DNA from: a bacterium
GTDB taxonomy: Bacteria; JAHJDO01
Assembly: GCA_043824255.1 (NCBI GenBank)
Contig: JBDRTG010000011.1
Coordinates: 1 to 59,999, forward strand
Length of the DNA stretch: 59,999 bases
Direction of reading: 5' to 3'
Shown here in pieces: positions 10,025 through 18,600 of the stretch. How positions within the stretch are numbered: position 1 is the first letter of the stretch; each line of letters starts with the position of its first letter. The position numbers and the translations under genes were made by a program. Below the pieces are notes generated by a model that was not told where the DNA came from, searched no databases, and saw only the letters and a program-made list of their open reading frames with translations.

Positions 10025-10843
10025 TTAGGTTTTTGTTATGGTTATATTAACACTGATAATATAGTCGCTAAGTTTTGCACCCTGCGGCAAAGATTCTTTG
10101 GCTTGTCTGTAAAGTGGATCGTTACAATCCGCCATCACATCGATACTGTATGCCTTCTCCTCTATCTGAATATCAGTCAAACCAGCCTGCTTTGCCATTT
10201 TTATAGTTTCATCGATAAGAACCGCACCAGCGACACAGCTTACCAGTGCAGCAGCAGAATCAAGGACTTCCTTTGGCAAAGGTTTTTTTAAGGCAAGGTC
10301 AGAAATGCATGCTCTGCCGCCCAATTTTAATACGCGTGCAATTTCATTCCAGACCTGTTGCTTGTCCGGCGAAAGATTAATAACACAGTTTGAGATTACT
10401 ACATCGATGCTTGAATCTGCTACGGGAAGATGCTCTATTTCACCAAGCCTGAATTCGACGTTGGAAAGCTCTGTCTTTTCCGTGAATTTTGGAAGGCCCG
10501 CTCTTGCCTTGCCGAGCATTTCCGAGGTCATATCGACGCCGATCACTCTACCTCGCTGCCCCACTTTACGGGCGGCGATAAAGACGTCGAATCCGCCGCC
10601 ACTGCCCAAATCCAGAACGACCTGTCCCTGCTTGAGATTGGCGATAGCGGTCGGATTGCCGCAGGATAGACCCATATTGGCGCCATCGGGCAATATTTCC
10701 AGCTCTTCGTTTGTATAACCGATGGCGCCGGCGAGTTTGTCTGGCGATGAGGAACCGCAGCAGCAGCCCGATTTGCCTTTGGCTATATCTGTGTATCCTT
10801 TCCGAACTGTTTCTCTGATTTTTTCGTTTGATTCAGCAGTCAT
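10025..10843 (-). CDS. arsM: Arsenite S-adenosylmethionine methyltransferase
   Basis: [40 protein letters not shown]. Confidence 0.93.
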   Translation of the reverse strand: MTAESNEKIRETVRKGYTDIAKGKSGCCCGSSSPDKLAGAIGYTNEELEILPDGANMGLSCGNPTAIANLKQGQVVLDLGSGGGFDVFIAARKVGQRGRVIGVDMTSEMLGKARAGLPKFTEKTELSNVEFRLGEIEHLPVADSSIDVVISNCVINLSPDKQQVWNEIARVLKLGGRACISDLALKKPLPKEVLDSAAALVSCVAGAVLIDETIKMAKQAGLTDIQIEEKAYSIDVMADCNDPLYRQAKESLPQGAKLSDYIISVNITITKT

Positions 10844-10890
10844 ATAACACCTCAAAATTCCTTTGATATATCTTCAAGCATTATCTTACC

Positions 10891-11523
10891 TTAATTGCAT
10901 CCCGATGCAGATGGTCCACAACCTGACGGCCCACAACCTCCTGCGCGGGAGGACGCGACATAAGCCTGCAAAATTTTCTCTTCTGTTATTTCTCCAGACA
11001 CAGTTCCCATACCACGACCTTTGCTCATTACCAAAATACCCGGCAAAGGCAATTGAGCGGCAATATTGGCGTATTCGGGTGAACTGGACTGTAAAGTGTA
11101 TAAGCCGAGATTTGCGCCGGCGGCTTTAATTTTTTGCTCAGCAGAGGCTATGGCATCCGTGATTTTCTTGCTGAGGGTGTCGTTTCCCTTGACGGGGACA
11201 AAGACAAATACGGTATCCTGATTAATGGCAAGTGTATTCAGTGCGGCCAGTGAATCCAGAACCTCGCCCACTATAGGTTCCTGTTTGTCGATAGTCGGGA
11301 CTTCGGGTTTCTGTTCATTTACTTCTTTTGCAACAGGAGCAGCAAATGCGGTAGCCGTATTAACCGGGGCGGTCTGTTTTGCGTTCTTTGCTTTGTAAAC
11401 AAAAATGCCGCTTATCGCTAACAGCACAATAAGGCAGACTACGGCTTTTACTTTTGTATTTACCGACGGCTTACCGCAATCACATCCAGGACCACAATTT
11501 TCAGATTTCATCTTTTTCATCAC
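10891..11523 (-). CDS. Membrane-anchored hypothetical protein with Cys-rich termini
   Basis: CGPGCDC, one TM segment, C-terminal GCGPSGCGPSASGC. Confidence 0.8.
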   Translation of the reverse strand: MMKKMKSENCGPGCDCGKPSVNTKVKAVVCLIVLLAISGIFVYKAKNAKQTAPVNTATAFAAPVAKEVNEQKPEVPTIDKQEPIVGEVLDSLAALNTLAINQDTVFVFVPVKGNDTLSKKITDAIASAEQKIKAAGANLGLYTLQSSSPEYANIAAQLPLPGILVMSKGRGMGTVSGEITEEKILQAYVASSRAGGCGPSGCGPSASGCN

Positions 11524-11559
11524 TATCTCCTTTCTTTTTTTGTCATAAATAAACTTCCT

Positions 11560-12261
11560 TTAACAACTCCAGATTAGATATATTCCACCTAAAATGACAA
11601 GAACTCCGCAAATCTTTTTTAAAATAATCGTGCCTTTGGATTTCTCATTCCAGTTCAAATAGTGCTGGACAACTTCTGTAAAAGTTCCGGCGAAAACAAT
11701 CACTGAACAGTGACCAACGCCATAAACAAATAGCAGTGTTACCCCGTAGAGAAACTGTGTCGATGCTATCTTAAATGCAATGCCAAGTATAGGTGCCATA
11801 TAGGCAAAGGTGCATGGCCCGAGGGCAATGCCAAAAACGAGGCCAAGTATAAAACTGGCTAATAAACCTTTTTTCTTGAATGCAGGTTGGCCTGATTTTC
11901 CCAAAAAAGGAAGAGGAATAATTCCTAAAAGATGAAGACCTATGATAAAGAATATTACGGCTACAATATAGTTTCCATAAGGACCTATATCACCCAGCAT
12001 TCGTCCCAAGAATCCAGTGATTAATCCTATTGCGGCAATAGTTATTAAGATTCCCGAAGAAAAAAGCGATGCTATAAGGAATGCTCTTTTTGTGGATATC
12101 CTTCCCTGTTCATCAATAAAACCTACAATTAAAGGAATGCTCGCCAGGTGGCATGGACTCAATAAGATACTTAATACTCCCCAGACAAAAGAAGCGGTTA
12201 AAGCAATAATCGGACCTGATTGAAGAGAATTAGATAACCACTCAAACATGGCTCTTATCAT
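11560..12261 (-). CDS. ccdA: CcdA/DsbD-type transmembrane electron transporter
   Basis: LLSPCHL and GPCT in a ~6-TM protein. Confidence 0.88.
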   Translation of the reverse strand: MIRAMFEWLSNSLQSGPIIALTASFVWGVLSILLSPCHLASIPLIVGFIDEQGRISTKRAFLIASLFSSGILITIAAIGLITGFLGRMLGDIGPYGNYIVAVIFFIIGLHLLGIIPLPFLGKSGQPAFKKKGLLASFILGLVFGIALGPCTFAYMAPILGIAFKIASTQFLYGVTLLFVYGVGHCSVIVFAGTFTEVVQHYLNWNEKSKGTIILKKICGVLVILGGIYLIWSC

Positions 12262-12704
12262 TATTCAACCCCCTGCTTCTTTAGCACTTTGACTATTCCT
12301 TCTTTAGAGAAGAAGCCCATATGCCGGAAAAATTCTTTTCCGTCTTTGTCGAGAAAAACCTGTGTGGGAATCGCCCTGATACCATACTTTTGTCCATAAG
12401 GTCTTCCTTCAGAAGTCCAGACATCGTAAAAGATTACTTTTACATCAGGATATTCCTCTTCGATTTCCTTCATTATCGGCTGCATCATCTTGCAGGGAAT
12501 ACAGTTAACAGAACCAAGTTCTATAAAAGTAACCTTAGTAGTTTTGCTTTCCTGCGCAGGAATCTCTGTCTCTGTTTTGGAATTTAACTGTTCTTCCTGA
12601 TGAGTTTGCTTTTTCCCATTACAACAACTGCTACAGCCTAGAACAGAAAAAAACAGAGTAGACACTACTATAAAACAGATATTTCTTGCCAGCTTATGAT
12701 ACAT
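12261..12704 (-). CDS. Thioredoxin-family lipoprotein
   Basis: Lipobox-like VLGC; CIPC; IPTQ. Confidence 0.85.
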   Translation of the reverse strand: MYHKLARNICFIVVSTLFFSVLGCSSCCNGKKQTHQEEQLNSKTETEIPAQESKTTKVTFIELGSVNCIPCKMMQPIMKEIEEEYPDVKVIFYDVWTSEGRPYGQKYGIRAIPTQVFLDKDGKEFFRHMGFFSKEGIVKVLKKQGVE

Positions 12705-12942
12705 TTTGCCTCTCCTTTAACCAGTTTTTGATTTCTTCTAGGCCTGGTACTTTACCCGCGCTTTTAACTTCTCCGTCAATGACCAAAGCAGGAGTTAACA
12801 TTACTCCACGATTCATAATTTCTTTAATCTCTGTTACCTTGGTTATCTCCGCTTCAATTCCAGATTCTTTCACTGCCTGCCCGGCAAGCTCAGCCAGTTT
12901 CTTACACTTCGGACAACCTGTTCCCAAGATTTCAAATTTCAT
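12694..12942 (-). CDS. Small redox-active disulfide protein (MTH895/thioredoxin_3 type)
   Basis: ILGTGCPKC; GVMLTPALVIDG. Confidence 0.9.
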   Translation of the reverse strand: MKFEILGTGCPKCKKLAELAGQAVKESGIEAEITKVTEIKEIMNRGVMLTPALVIDGEVKSAGKVPGLEEIKNWLKERQNVS

Positions 12943-12962
12943 TTCTAATCACCTCCTTGATT

Positions 12963-14135
12963 TCAGCTTACAATGTACCCAAACAAAATCCCGCTTGTTG
13001 TAGCCATGATTACTACTAAACTTACGTATACGACTGTTTTTTTCGTCCCAATAACACCTCTAATAACCAGCATATTAGGCAAACTCAATGCCGGACCTGC
13101 TAACAACAAGGCTAAAGCAGGCCCTTTCCCCATGCCCGCTCCAATAAGGCCTTGTAAAATTGGAACTTCAGTTAATGTTGCAAAGTACATAAACGCCCCT
13201 ACTATAGAGGCAAAGAAATTGGCCAAAATTGAATTGCCGCCAACGGCTTTTGAAATAATCCAGGAAGGGATTAATCCCTCATGATCAGGTCTGCCTAAAA
13301 GAAGACCTGCTACGATTACACCCGCTAAAAGCAAAGGCATAATCTGTTTTGCAAATCCCCATGACATAATAGTCCATTCCTTTAGCTCTTTCCGCTTGAA
13401 CCACCTTATGAGCATTATTAACAGTGATAATAAGAAAACCGCAGTTATTATCCATTTCACACTAAAAATAGATGCCCACAAGCCAGTATTTTCTGCTTGA
13501 ACTTTACTCCAATTAGCGAATACAAGCACACCTACCATAGACGCAAAATAGAAAGCGTTTTTCCAGAGAGGTCGAGCTTCTTTTTCTTCTCCGGACTGAA
13601 AAGCGCCATTGGCATGTCTTGCTCTTTCCTCCTTAAGGAATATAAGGTGCATCAGAAAGCCAACGACTATGCTGAAAACTATTGCTCCGATAGCTCTTGC
13701 CAATCCTAACTGCCAGCCCAAGATACGAGCTGTCATAATAATCGCTAATACGTTAATGGCAGGGCCTGAATAGAGAAATGTTGTGGCAGGACCTAACCCG
13801 GCGCCTCTTTTATAAATCCCGGAAAACAGAGGCAATACAGTGCAAGAACACACAGCAAGAATTGTCCCGGAAACAGAAGCAACGCTATAAGCTAAAAATT
13901 TATTTGCCTTTGCCCCGAAATATTTGATCACAGAAGATTGACTCACAAAAGCAGAAATCGCTCCAGCAATAAAAAACGCAGGCACAAGACAAAGCAAAAC
14001 ATGTTCACGCGCATACCATCTGGCCAAAGCCAGTGCTTCAAATACAGGATTTCTAAACGACAGCATCTCAACAGGAAGATAAAAACATCCAAGAAATGCC
14101 GCAATCATCAATAAAAGTTTTTTGCTCTCTTTCAT
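12963..14135 (-). CDS. DUF318/ArsP-family permease
   Basis: LAVCSCTVLP, FLYSGPAIN, MYFATLTEVP, GPALSLP. Confidence 0.9.
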   Translation of the reverse strand: MKESKKLLLMIAAFLGCFYLPVEMLSFRNPVFEALALARWYAREHVLLCLVPAFFIAGAISAFVSQSSVIKYFGAKANKFLAYSVASVSGTILAVCSCTVLPLFSGIYKRGAGLGPATTFLYSGPAINVLAIIMTARILGWQLGLARAIGAIVFSIVVGFLMHLIFLKEERARHANGAFQSGEEKEARPLWKNAFYFASMVGVLVFANWSKVQAENTGLWASIFSVKWIITAVFLLSLLIMLIRWFKRKELKEWTIMSWGFAKQIMPLLLAGVIVAGLLLGRPDHEGLIPSWIISKAVGGNSILANFFASIVGAFMYFATLTEVPILQGLIGAGMGKGPALALLLAGPALSLPNMLVIRGVIGTKKTVVYVSLVVIMATTSGILFGYIVS

Positions 14136-14437
14136 CCTTTACCTTTTTTTATAATCTCGCAACACCCGCCTTCAATCTTTATGGCTTTGATATTTACCAA
14201 TGCATCACCAATCTTTCGGTGGGCAGAAGATATAATTCTCGAAAAGGTCGGTCTTGAAATATTCATTCTCTTTGCCGCCTCTTCTTGTTTCAGTTCTTCT
14301 AAATCAGCAAGTCTTAGTGCCTCAAATTCATCAAGTGTCAAATGTACACCCTCTAATTTACTTAAAGGCCTACACTGCGGTCTGAAGCATCTCTCTCCAG
14401 GATCACACTTAATCCATCTGGTCTTCTTTGGTCTCAT
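14132..14437 (-). CDS. DUF134 family putative DNA-binding regulator
   Basis: MRPKK.R, DEFEALRLAD, QEEAAKRMNISRPTF, I.IEGG. Confidence 0.9.
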   Translation of the reverse strand: MRPKKTRWIKCDPGERCFRPQCRPLSKLEGVHLTLDEFEALRLADLEELKQEEAAKRMNISRPTFSRIISSAHRKIGDALVNIKAIKIEGGCCEIIKKGKG

Positions 14438-14449
14438 CAGATTTCCTCA

Positions 14450-14497
14450 TTATTATGAACATATGTTCATAATAAACGCTGTAAAATCCTCTGTCAA
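14450..14497 (-). promoter_or_regulatory. Promoter of the arsenic operon with perfect 26-bp palindromic operator
   Basis: TTGACA-N17-TATTAT; TTATTATGAACATATGTTCATAATAA at 14450-14475. Confidence 0.85.
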
Positions 14498-14548
14498 GAA
14501 AAAATATTTTTAGGATTATCAGGCAATATGTGAAAAGTCAATATGATC

Positions 14549-14565
14549 TCAGGATGGGTTTCAAC
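14549..14565 (+). repeat. 17-bp direct repeat, left copy
   Basis: TCAGGATGGGTTTCAAC, identical to 18098-18114. Confidence 0.85.
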
Positions 14566-14607
14566 TCTTGGAGTAGATGAAAAGGCGACTCTTCTCCAAT
14601 AGCCGCT

Positions 14608-17094
14608 TTATCTGTTTCTCTTTGCCAGAGAGAGTTTATATATATGTGGCTCTAAGCCTGTAAACTCGTCTCTAAAGCTGTTTCCCTCAGATTTAATTTC
14701 TCTATTCTCAAAGAGGAGTTTGACATGTTCCGGAATGGCAGAACAACCCTTTATCGAAATTGTTGCATTGACCAAACGGTATGACGTGTTTACGGCAATC
14801 AGATATAACCTGCCGTTGTATTCCCTCACACAATAGTCAATTTTATCAGAATCCACGGTTATCTTTATTTTGGTTTTGCTGTCTTGGGGCGCTCTCAGTA
14901 TGGAGAACAGTTCTTCAACCTCACGGGAAAGACCTGGGTAAACCGACCAATGCCGCGTTGAGGAGAGAGGAATACCCCCATGTCCCATATGAAAAACAAG
15001 CCCTGCAGCGCCGTGCATCAACGCCAGATAAGAAGCACATCTAATCTCCTCGGCTATCCGCGAGTCCGGATTAGGAATGGAAGCTCCTATCCAGAAAAGA
15101 AAAGGTTTGCTTGATCCCAAAGAGTGTTTTAGTTCATCTACATCCTTTATCAGGTTTGGTATCAGGTTTTTCGCATATGAGGATGAATACCGCGCAACCT
15201 CAAGGATATCCGCAGAGTCTTTGTAGTCTGTTTCGGCACCGTGATCAATTTCTATGGCTGTAAGATGATTTGGGTCGACACTTTTCACGAACCGGCTTAT
15301 TTTACGTAACTCCTCTGCATTATTCAAACGCACTCTGCTCTCCTGTCCTCTGTACATAGGAATTTGAGCTTCATAGCTCATGAACCAATATAAAAGTAAC
15401 GGATCAGTCTTATGTGTAGTAACAACTTTGTGAATATCTTCTAACATCTTTTCTTCTTTAGGTAAGAGCGTAAAAACCGTTCCTTTTTCCCTGGTCCATC
15501 CAGGCAAACCAACCCCCTGCCTCGTTAAGGGCCGGGATACAAGTCCTAACCCTCCATATTTTACATTAAAGCAGTCTTTAGCAAGTGGAGAGCTTGGTTT
15601 ACTGGCAAAAAACGGGCAGAACGGTTTTCCGTCCAATAAAATGATTCCGTCTGAACAAATACTGACTTTTGGGGCAGCCGAAAGAATTTTTGCAGGAGCA
15701 ATTTTTTTCTTAAAAAAGACACGGCATACAGAAAACAAGTCCTCGCTGCCTTCACCCATCAGACGTGCTGAGACAATATATCGTCCCAGTGCCCAGCTTG
15801 TCATATCAAATGAAATCACATAGTCATCCGTACCGGGCACAATAAGAACCTGTTTAGCCGCAAGGACTTTCCCATTAGTATCCCTTTTTATCTCAATCTT
15901 AAAACAAGAACCTTTTTTCGTCTTCCTGCTAAGGGTAACCTGCATTTGTTTGATATCAGGGGTGTAATAGTAGCGATCTACGGTTATGGACACTTCTGTT
16001 TCAATATCCTCATATAACAGCACCCCTTTTCTAAAATCGTAGATTTCTCCTGTTTTGTCATTGGCCACTGTCAACAGCGCCTCTTTTGTATCAATTACAC
16101 CTTTTAACGGGAAATCTTCACCTCCTTTGCCGATAATGTCACGGGGGATACAGATTTCTTTTTCCTCTTTCGGTCCGAGGGGCAAAACGATTGAAGAAGA
16201 AACATCTCCCCATACACATTGGATTCGAATAGCCAACGAAGTCTCTTTCCCATTCCTAAACCTTATCCAGTTGCCGGCCGTATTCTGATTTGCCAATGAA
16301 CCCATAGAATAAGAAACATCCGCCGGAGAACCAAAAACAATTCTGCCAAACTCATTGGGCTGGTTAAATCCTCCACGAATCATGGCCCAACTGGAGTGGA
16401 CGGTACCTCCTGGCCGGCGGGAACGAGTTAAATTGATACCCCAGACAGCGCCGGAAAGTGGATAACCAGAATCAATGGATGTAAAGGGAATGCGCATTTC
16501 AGAAACCCAGCTGTGGGTGCCGATCCGGGTTTTAAGTTCCAAATCAGGATTCCAGTCACTTTTTCGGAATACCTCTTTTCCACCAACACTGCAAGACGCT
16601 TCATAATGCGCTCCATTGGGACTGATTCCCAAATGATAATAGGTCTGATGATCTCGATTCGGGTCGAGGAAAATCTCCACTACATCGCCCTTAAAGAGCT
16701 GAAGACTGTCGTTTTCTGTTGATATCACTTTGATTTTCTCGGGGGTGGGTTCATCGCACTCAAAAGCGATGTAGAGATAAGTATTGTCATAGGTAATATA
16801 CGCCGTTGTTTGTTTACGAGCCCACTCTCCTCCGGTTGTAATGAAACCGGAAGCCATGGTCGCATTGCGCCAGCAGGTATCATTGAGATTGCCGTCTATA
16901 ACGGGCGGAGCGGACGTTGGCCCGACACGCAAAAGCTTTTGTGATGGAATGTGCGAGGCCTGTTTTGAAGAATGCTTAAATGTTGCTTTCTTGTTGATCC
17001 GCGACATACAAAAAGCAGATGTACAAATCATCTGGGATAAAATAAAAAAAGAAACCCATATTACTATTTTTACTGAAAATCGATATTTTAGCAT
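14608..17094 (-). CDS. Secreted protein with CBM9-like sugar-binding domain and probable glycoside-hydrolase-like C-terminal region
   Basis: Signal peptide; PPVIDGNLND..W, YDNTYLYIAF, DVVEIFLDP, EMRIPF; start after AGGGGAG. Confidence 0.7.
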   Translation of the reverse strand: MLKYRFSVKIVIWVSFFILSQMICTSAFCMSRINKKATFKHSSKQASHIPSQKLLRVGPTSAPPVIDGNLNDTCWRNATMASGFITTGGEWARKQTTAYITYDNTYLYIAFECDEPTPEKIKVISTENDSLQLFKGDVVEIFLDPNRDHQTYYHLGISPNGAHYEASCSVGGKEVFRKSDWNPDLELKTRIGTHSWVSEMRIPFTSIDSGYPLSGAVWGINLTRSRRPGGTVHSSWAMIRGGFNQPNEFGRIVFGSPADVSYSMGSLANQNTAGNWIRFRNGKETSLAIRIQCVWGDVSSSIVLPLGPKEEKEICIPRDIIGKGGEDFPLKGVIDTKEALLTVANDKTGEIYDFRKGVLLYEDIETEVSITVDRYYYTPDIKQMQVTLSRKTKKGSCFKIEIKRDTNGKVLAAKQVLIVPGTDDYVISFDMTSWALGRYIVSARLMGEGSEDLFSVCRVFFKKKIAPAKILSAAPKVSICSDGIILLDGKPFCPFFASKPSSPLAKDCFNVKYGGLGLVSRPLTRQGVGLPGWTREKGTVFTLLPKEEKMLEDIHKVVTTHKTDPLLLYWFMSYEAQIPMYRGQESRVRLNNAEELRKISRFVKSVDPNHLTAIEIDHGAETDYKDSADILEVARYSSSYAKNLIPNLIKDVDELKHSLGSSKPFLFWIGASIPNPDSRIAEEIRCASYLALMHGAAGLVFHMGHGGIPLSSTRHWSVYPGLSREVEELFSILRAPQDSKTKIKITVDSDKIDYCVREYNGRLYLIAVNTSYRLVNATISIKGCSAIPEHVKLLFENREIKSEGNSFRDEFTGLEPHIYKLSLAKRNR

Positions 17095-17126
17095 CGTTAT
17101 CTCCCCTTTATGTGAATGTTTAAATA

Positions 17127-18056
17127 CTATATAAGTTTTTGTTCCTTCATCCAATCAACAGCCCTGCTTAAAGTCTCCTCCGAAGTATACTTCGGCTGAT
17201 ATCCCAACTTATGTCGGATCTTAGTGATATCCGGGCACATATTGTACTCAAAATGAGAATATGCTCCCGAACTGGGGGATATATCCGTAATATATTCCTG
17301 CCAGTCAACCCAATGAACAGGAATATCTACACCGTAAATCCGGCCATATGTATGCACAAGTTGTTTGGTGGTTAGAGCGTAAGCTGAACCGACATTAAAT
17401 ATTTCGCCATTTGCCGCATCCCTGTTGTTTACCGCCAAGACAAACGCGTTTGCTATATCTTCTGCATCACAAGGTCCCACAAGAGTAGATCCCGGTGCCG
17501 GCAGAGTAACCTGTTTTCCTTCTTTTAAGGCACGGTGCACCTCAATATCTCTGCCGCCCATGGTTTCCAGCGGTATCTTGCCCGGCCCGCAGATATTTGG
17601 CGGCATTATGGCGCTGAAACAGATTCCATCCTTAACTGCCTGTTCTTTGACTTTCAGCATTTCAGCATACCGCCAGGCATAACCTTCAAATCTGCATGGT
17701 CCCTGGGTTTCATCAGGAGTAGGAACTACTTTAGGTTCCCCAAACATCCAGACTGAACCGCAGGCAATCAGATGTTGACAATGGTCACGCGCTGTATTAT
17801 ATAATGATCCGAGATCTGCTCCAATAATATCAATTATGACCTCCGCTTTAATACCCGCCAGGATATCTTGCCAGCCGGAATCGTCGCGCCGATAGTTAGC
17901 GTTAACCAGCTTCACTGATTTCCACGCATCGACTTCCAATAGAGTTGTTTGTCCACGAGTTATGACAATTACTTCGTAGCCGGCTTTTACCAGCATTGGA
18001 GTCAAAAAACGCCCAATATGTCCTGTCCCGCCAATAACAATCACTTTTTTCATCAT
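17127..18056 (-). CDS. NAD-dependent epimerase/dehydratase
   Basis: GGTGHIG, YAWRY variant of YxxxK, NICGPG, FNVGS. Confidence 0.85.
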   Translation of the reverse strand: MMKKVIVIGGTGHIGRFLTPMLVKAGYEVIVITRGQTTLLEVDAWKSVKLVNANYRRDDSGWQDILAGIKAEVIIDIIGADLGSLYNTARDHCQHLIACGSVWMFGEPKVVPTPDETQGPCRFEGYAWRYAEMLKVKEQAVKDGICFSAIMPPNICGPGKIPLETMGGRDIEVHRALKEGKQVTLPAPGSTLVGPCDAEDIANAFVLAVNNRDAANGEIFNVGSAYALTTKQLVHTYGRIYGVDIPVHWVDWQEYITDISPSSGAYSHFEYNMCPDITKIRHKLGYQPKYTSEETLSRAVDWMKEQKLI

Positions 18057-18097
18057 ATCACCTCTCTATTTTGCATAGTCCCGTTTCCATGTTCATT

Positions 18098-18114
18098 TCA
18101 GGATGGGTTTCAAC
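18098..18114 (+). repeat. 17-bp direct repeat, right copy (overlaps the VIT1 stop codon)
   Basis: TCAGGATGGGTTTCAAC. Confidence 0.85.
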
Positions 18115-18589
18115 CAAATCGTGACGCTATCCAGTCTCCAAGATAATGAGTTAGGATTATAACTATCAAAGCTATAACTAAATGCTCGGCAATCACTTTC
18201 CATGGATTTGCTTTCCGCTCCATGGCAATTCTATAACTAAGAAGACATAATATTGATAATCCCCAAATTATGCTTATCCTGATTGCTGTTAGAAGCTCAA
18301 AAAATAAAAGCGGAATAATAAAGGTTAAGGCAAAAATAAGCTTAGATAAAAAAGTGGCAATTGTCGCCGCCCATATCTGCTTTGCGCTATGTTTATTTTC
18401 AAACTCCTCAGAAATATGTATTCCTAACGCATCTGAAAACGCATCAGCTATTGCTATTGTCAACACGCCGCCAATAACCACAATCTTCGAATGAGTTCCA
18501 GAATGCAAACCAACCATTAATCCAAGCGTTGTAATTATTCCTGAAGTTACACCAAAACTAAACCCCACTTTTAATGAATGCTTCATCAT
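18110..18589 (-). CDS. VIT1/CCC1-family transporter
   Basis: FGVTSGIITTLG, AIADAFSDALGIHISEE. Confidence 0.82.
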   Translation of the reverse strand: MMKHSLKVGFSFGVTSGIITTLGLMVGLHSGTHSKIVVIGGVLTIAIADAFSDALGIHISEEFENKHSAKQIWAATIATFLSKLIFALTFIIPLLFFELLTAIRISIIWGLSILCLLSYRIAMERKANPWKVIAEHLVIALIVIILTHYLGDWIASRFG

Positions 18590-18600
18590 AATATTTCCAA

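Noticed and set aside
14549..18114. GTTTCAAC/GTTGAAAC in the 17-bp repeat resembles a CRISPR repeat end
   Set aside because: Only two copies 3.5 kb apart, no spacers, no cas genes
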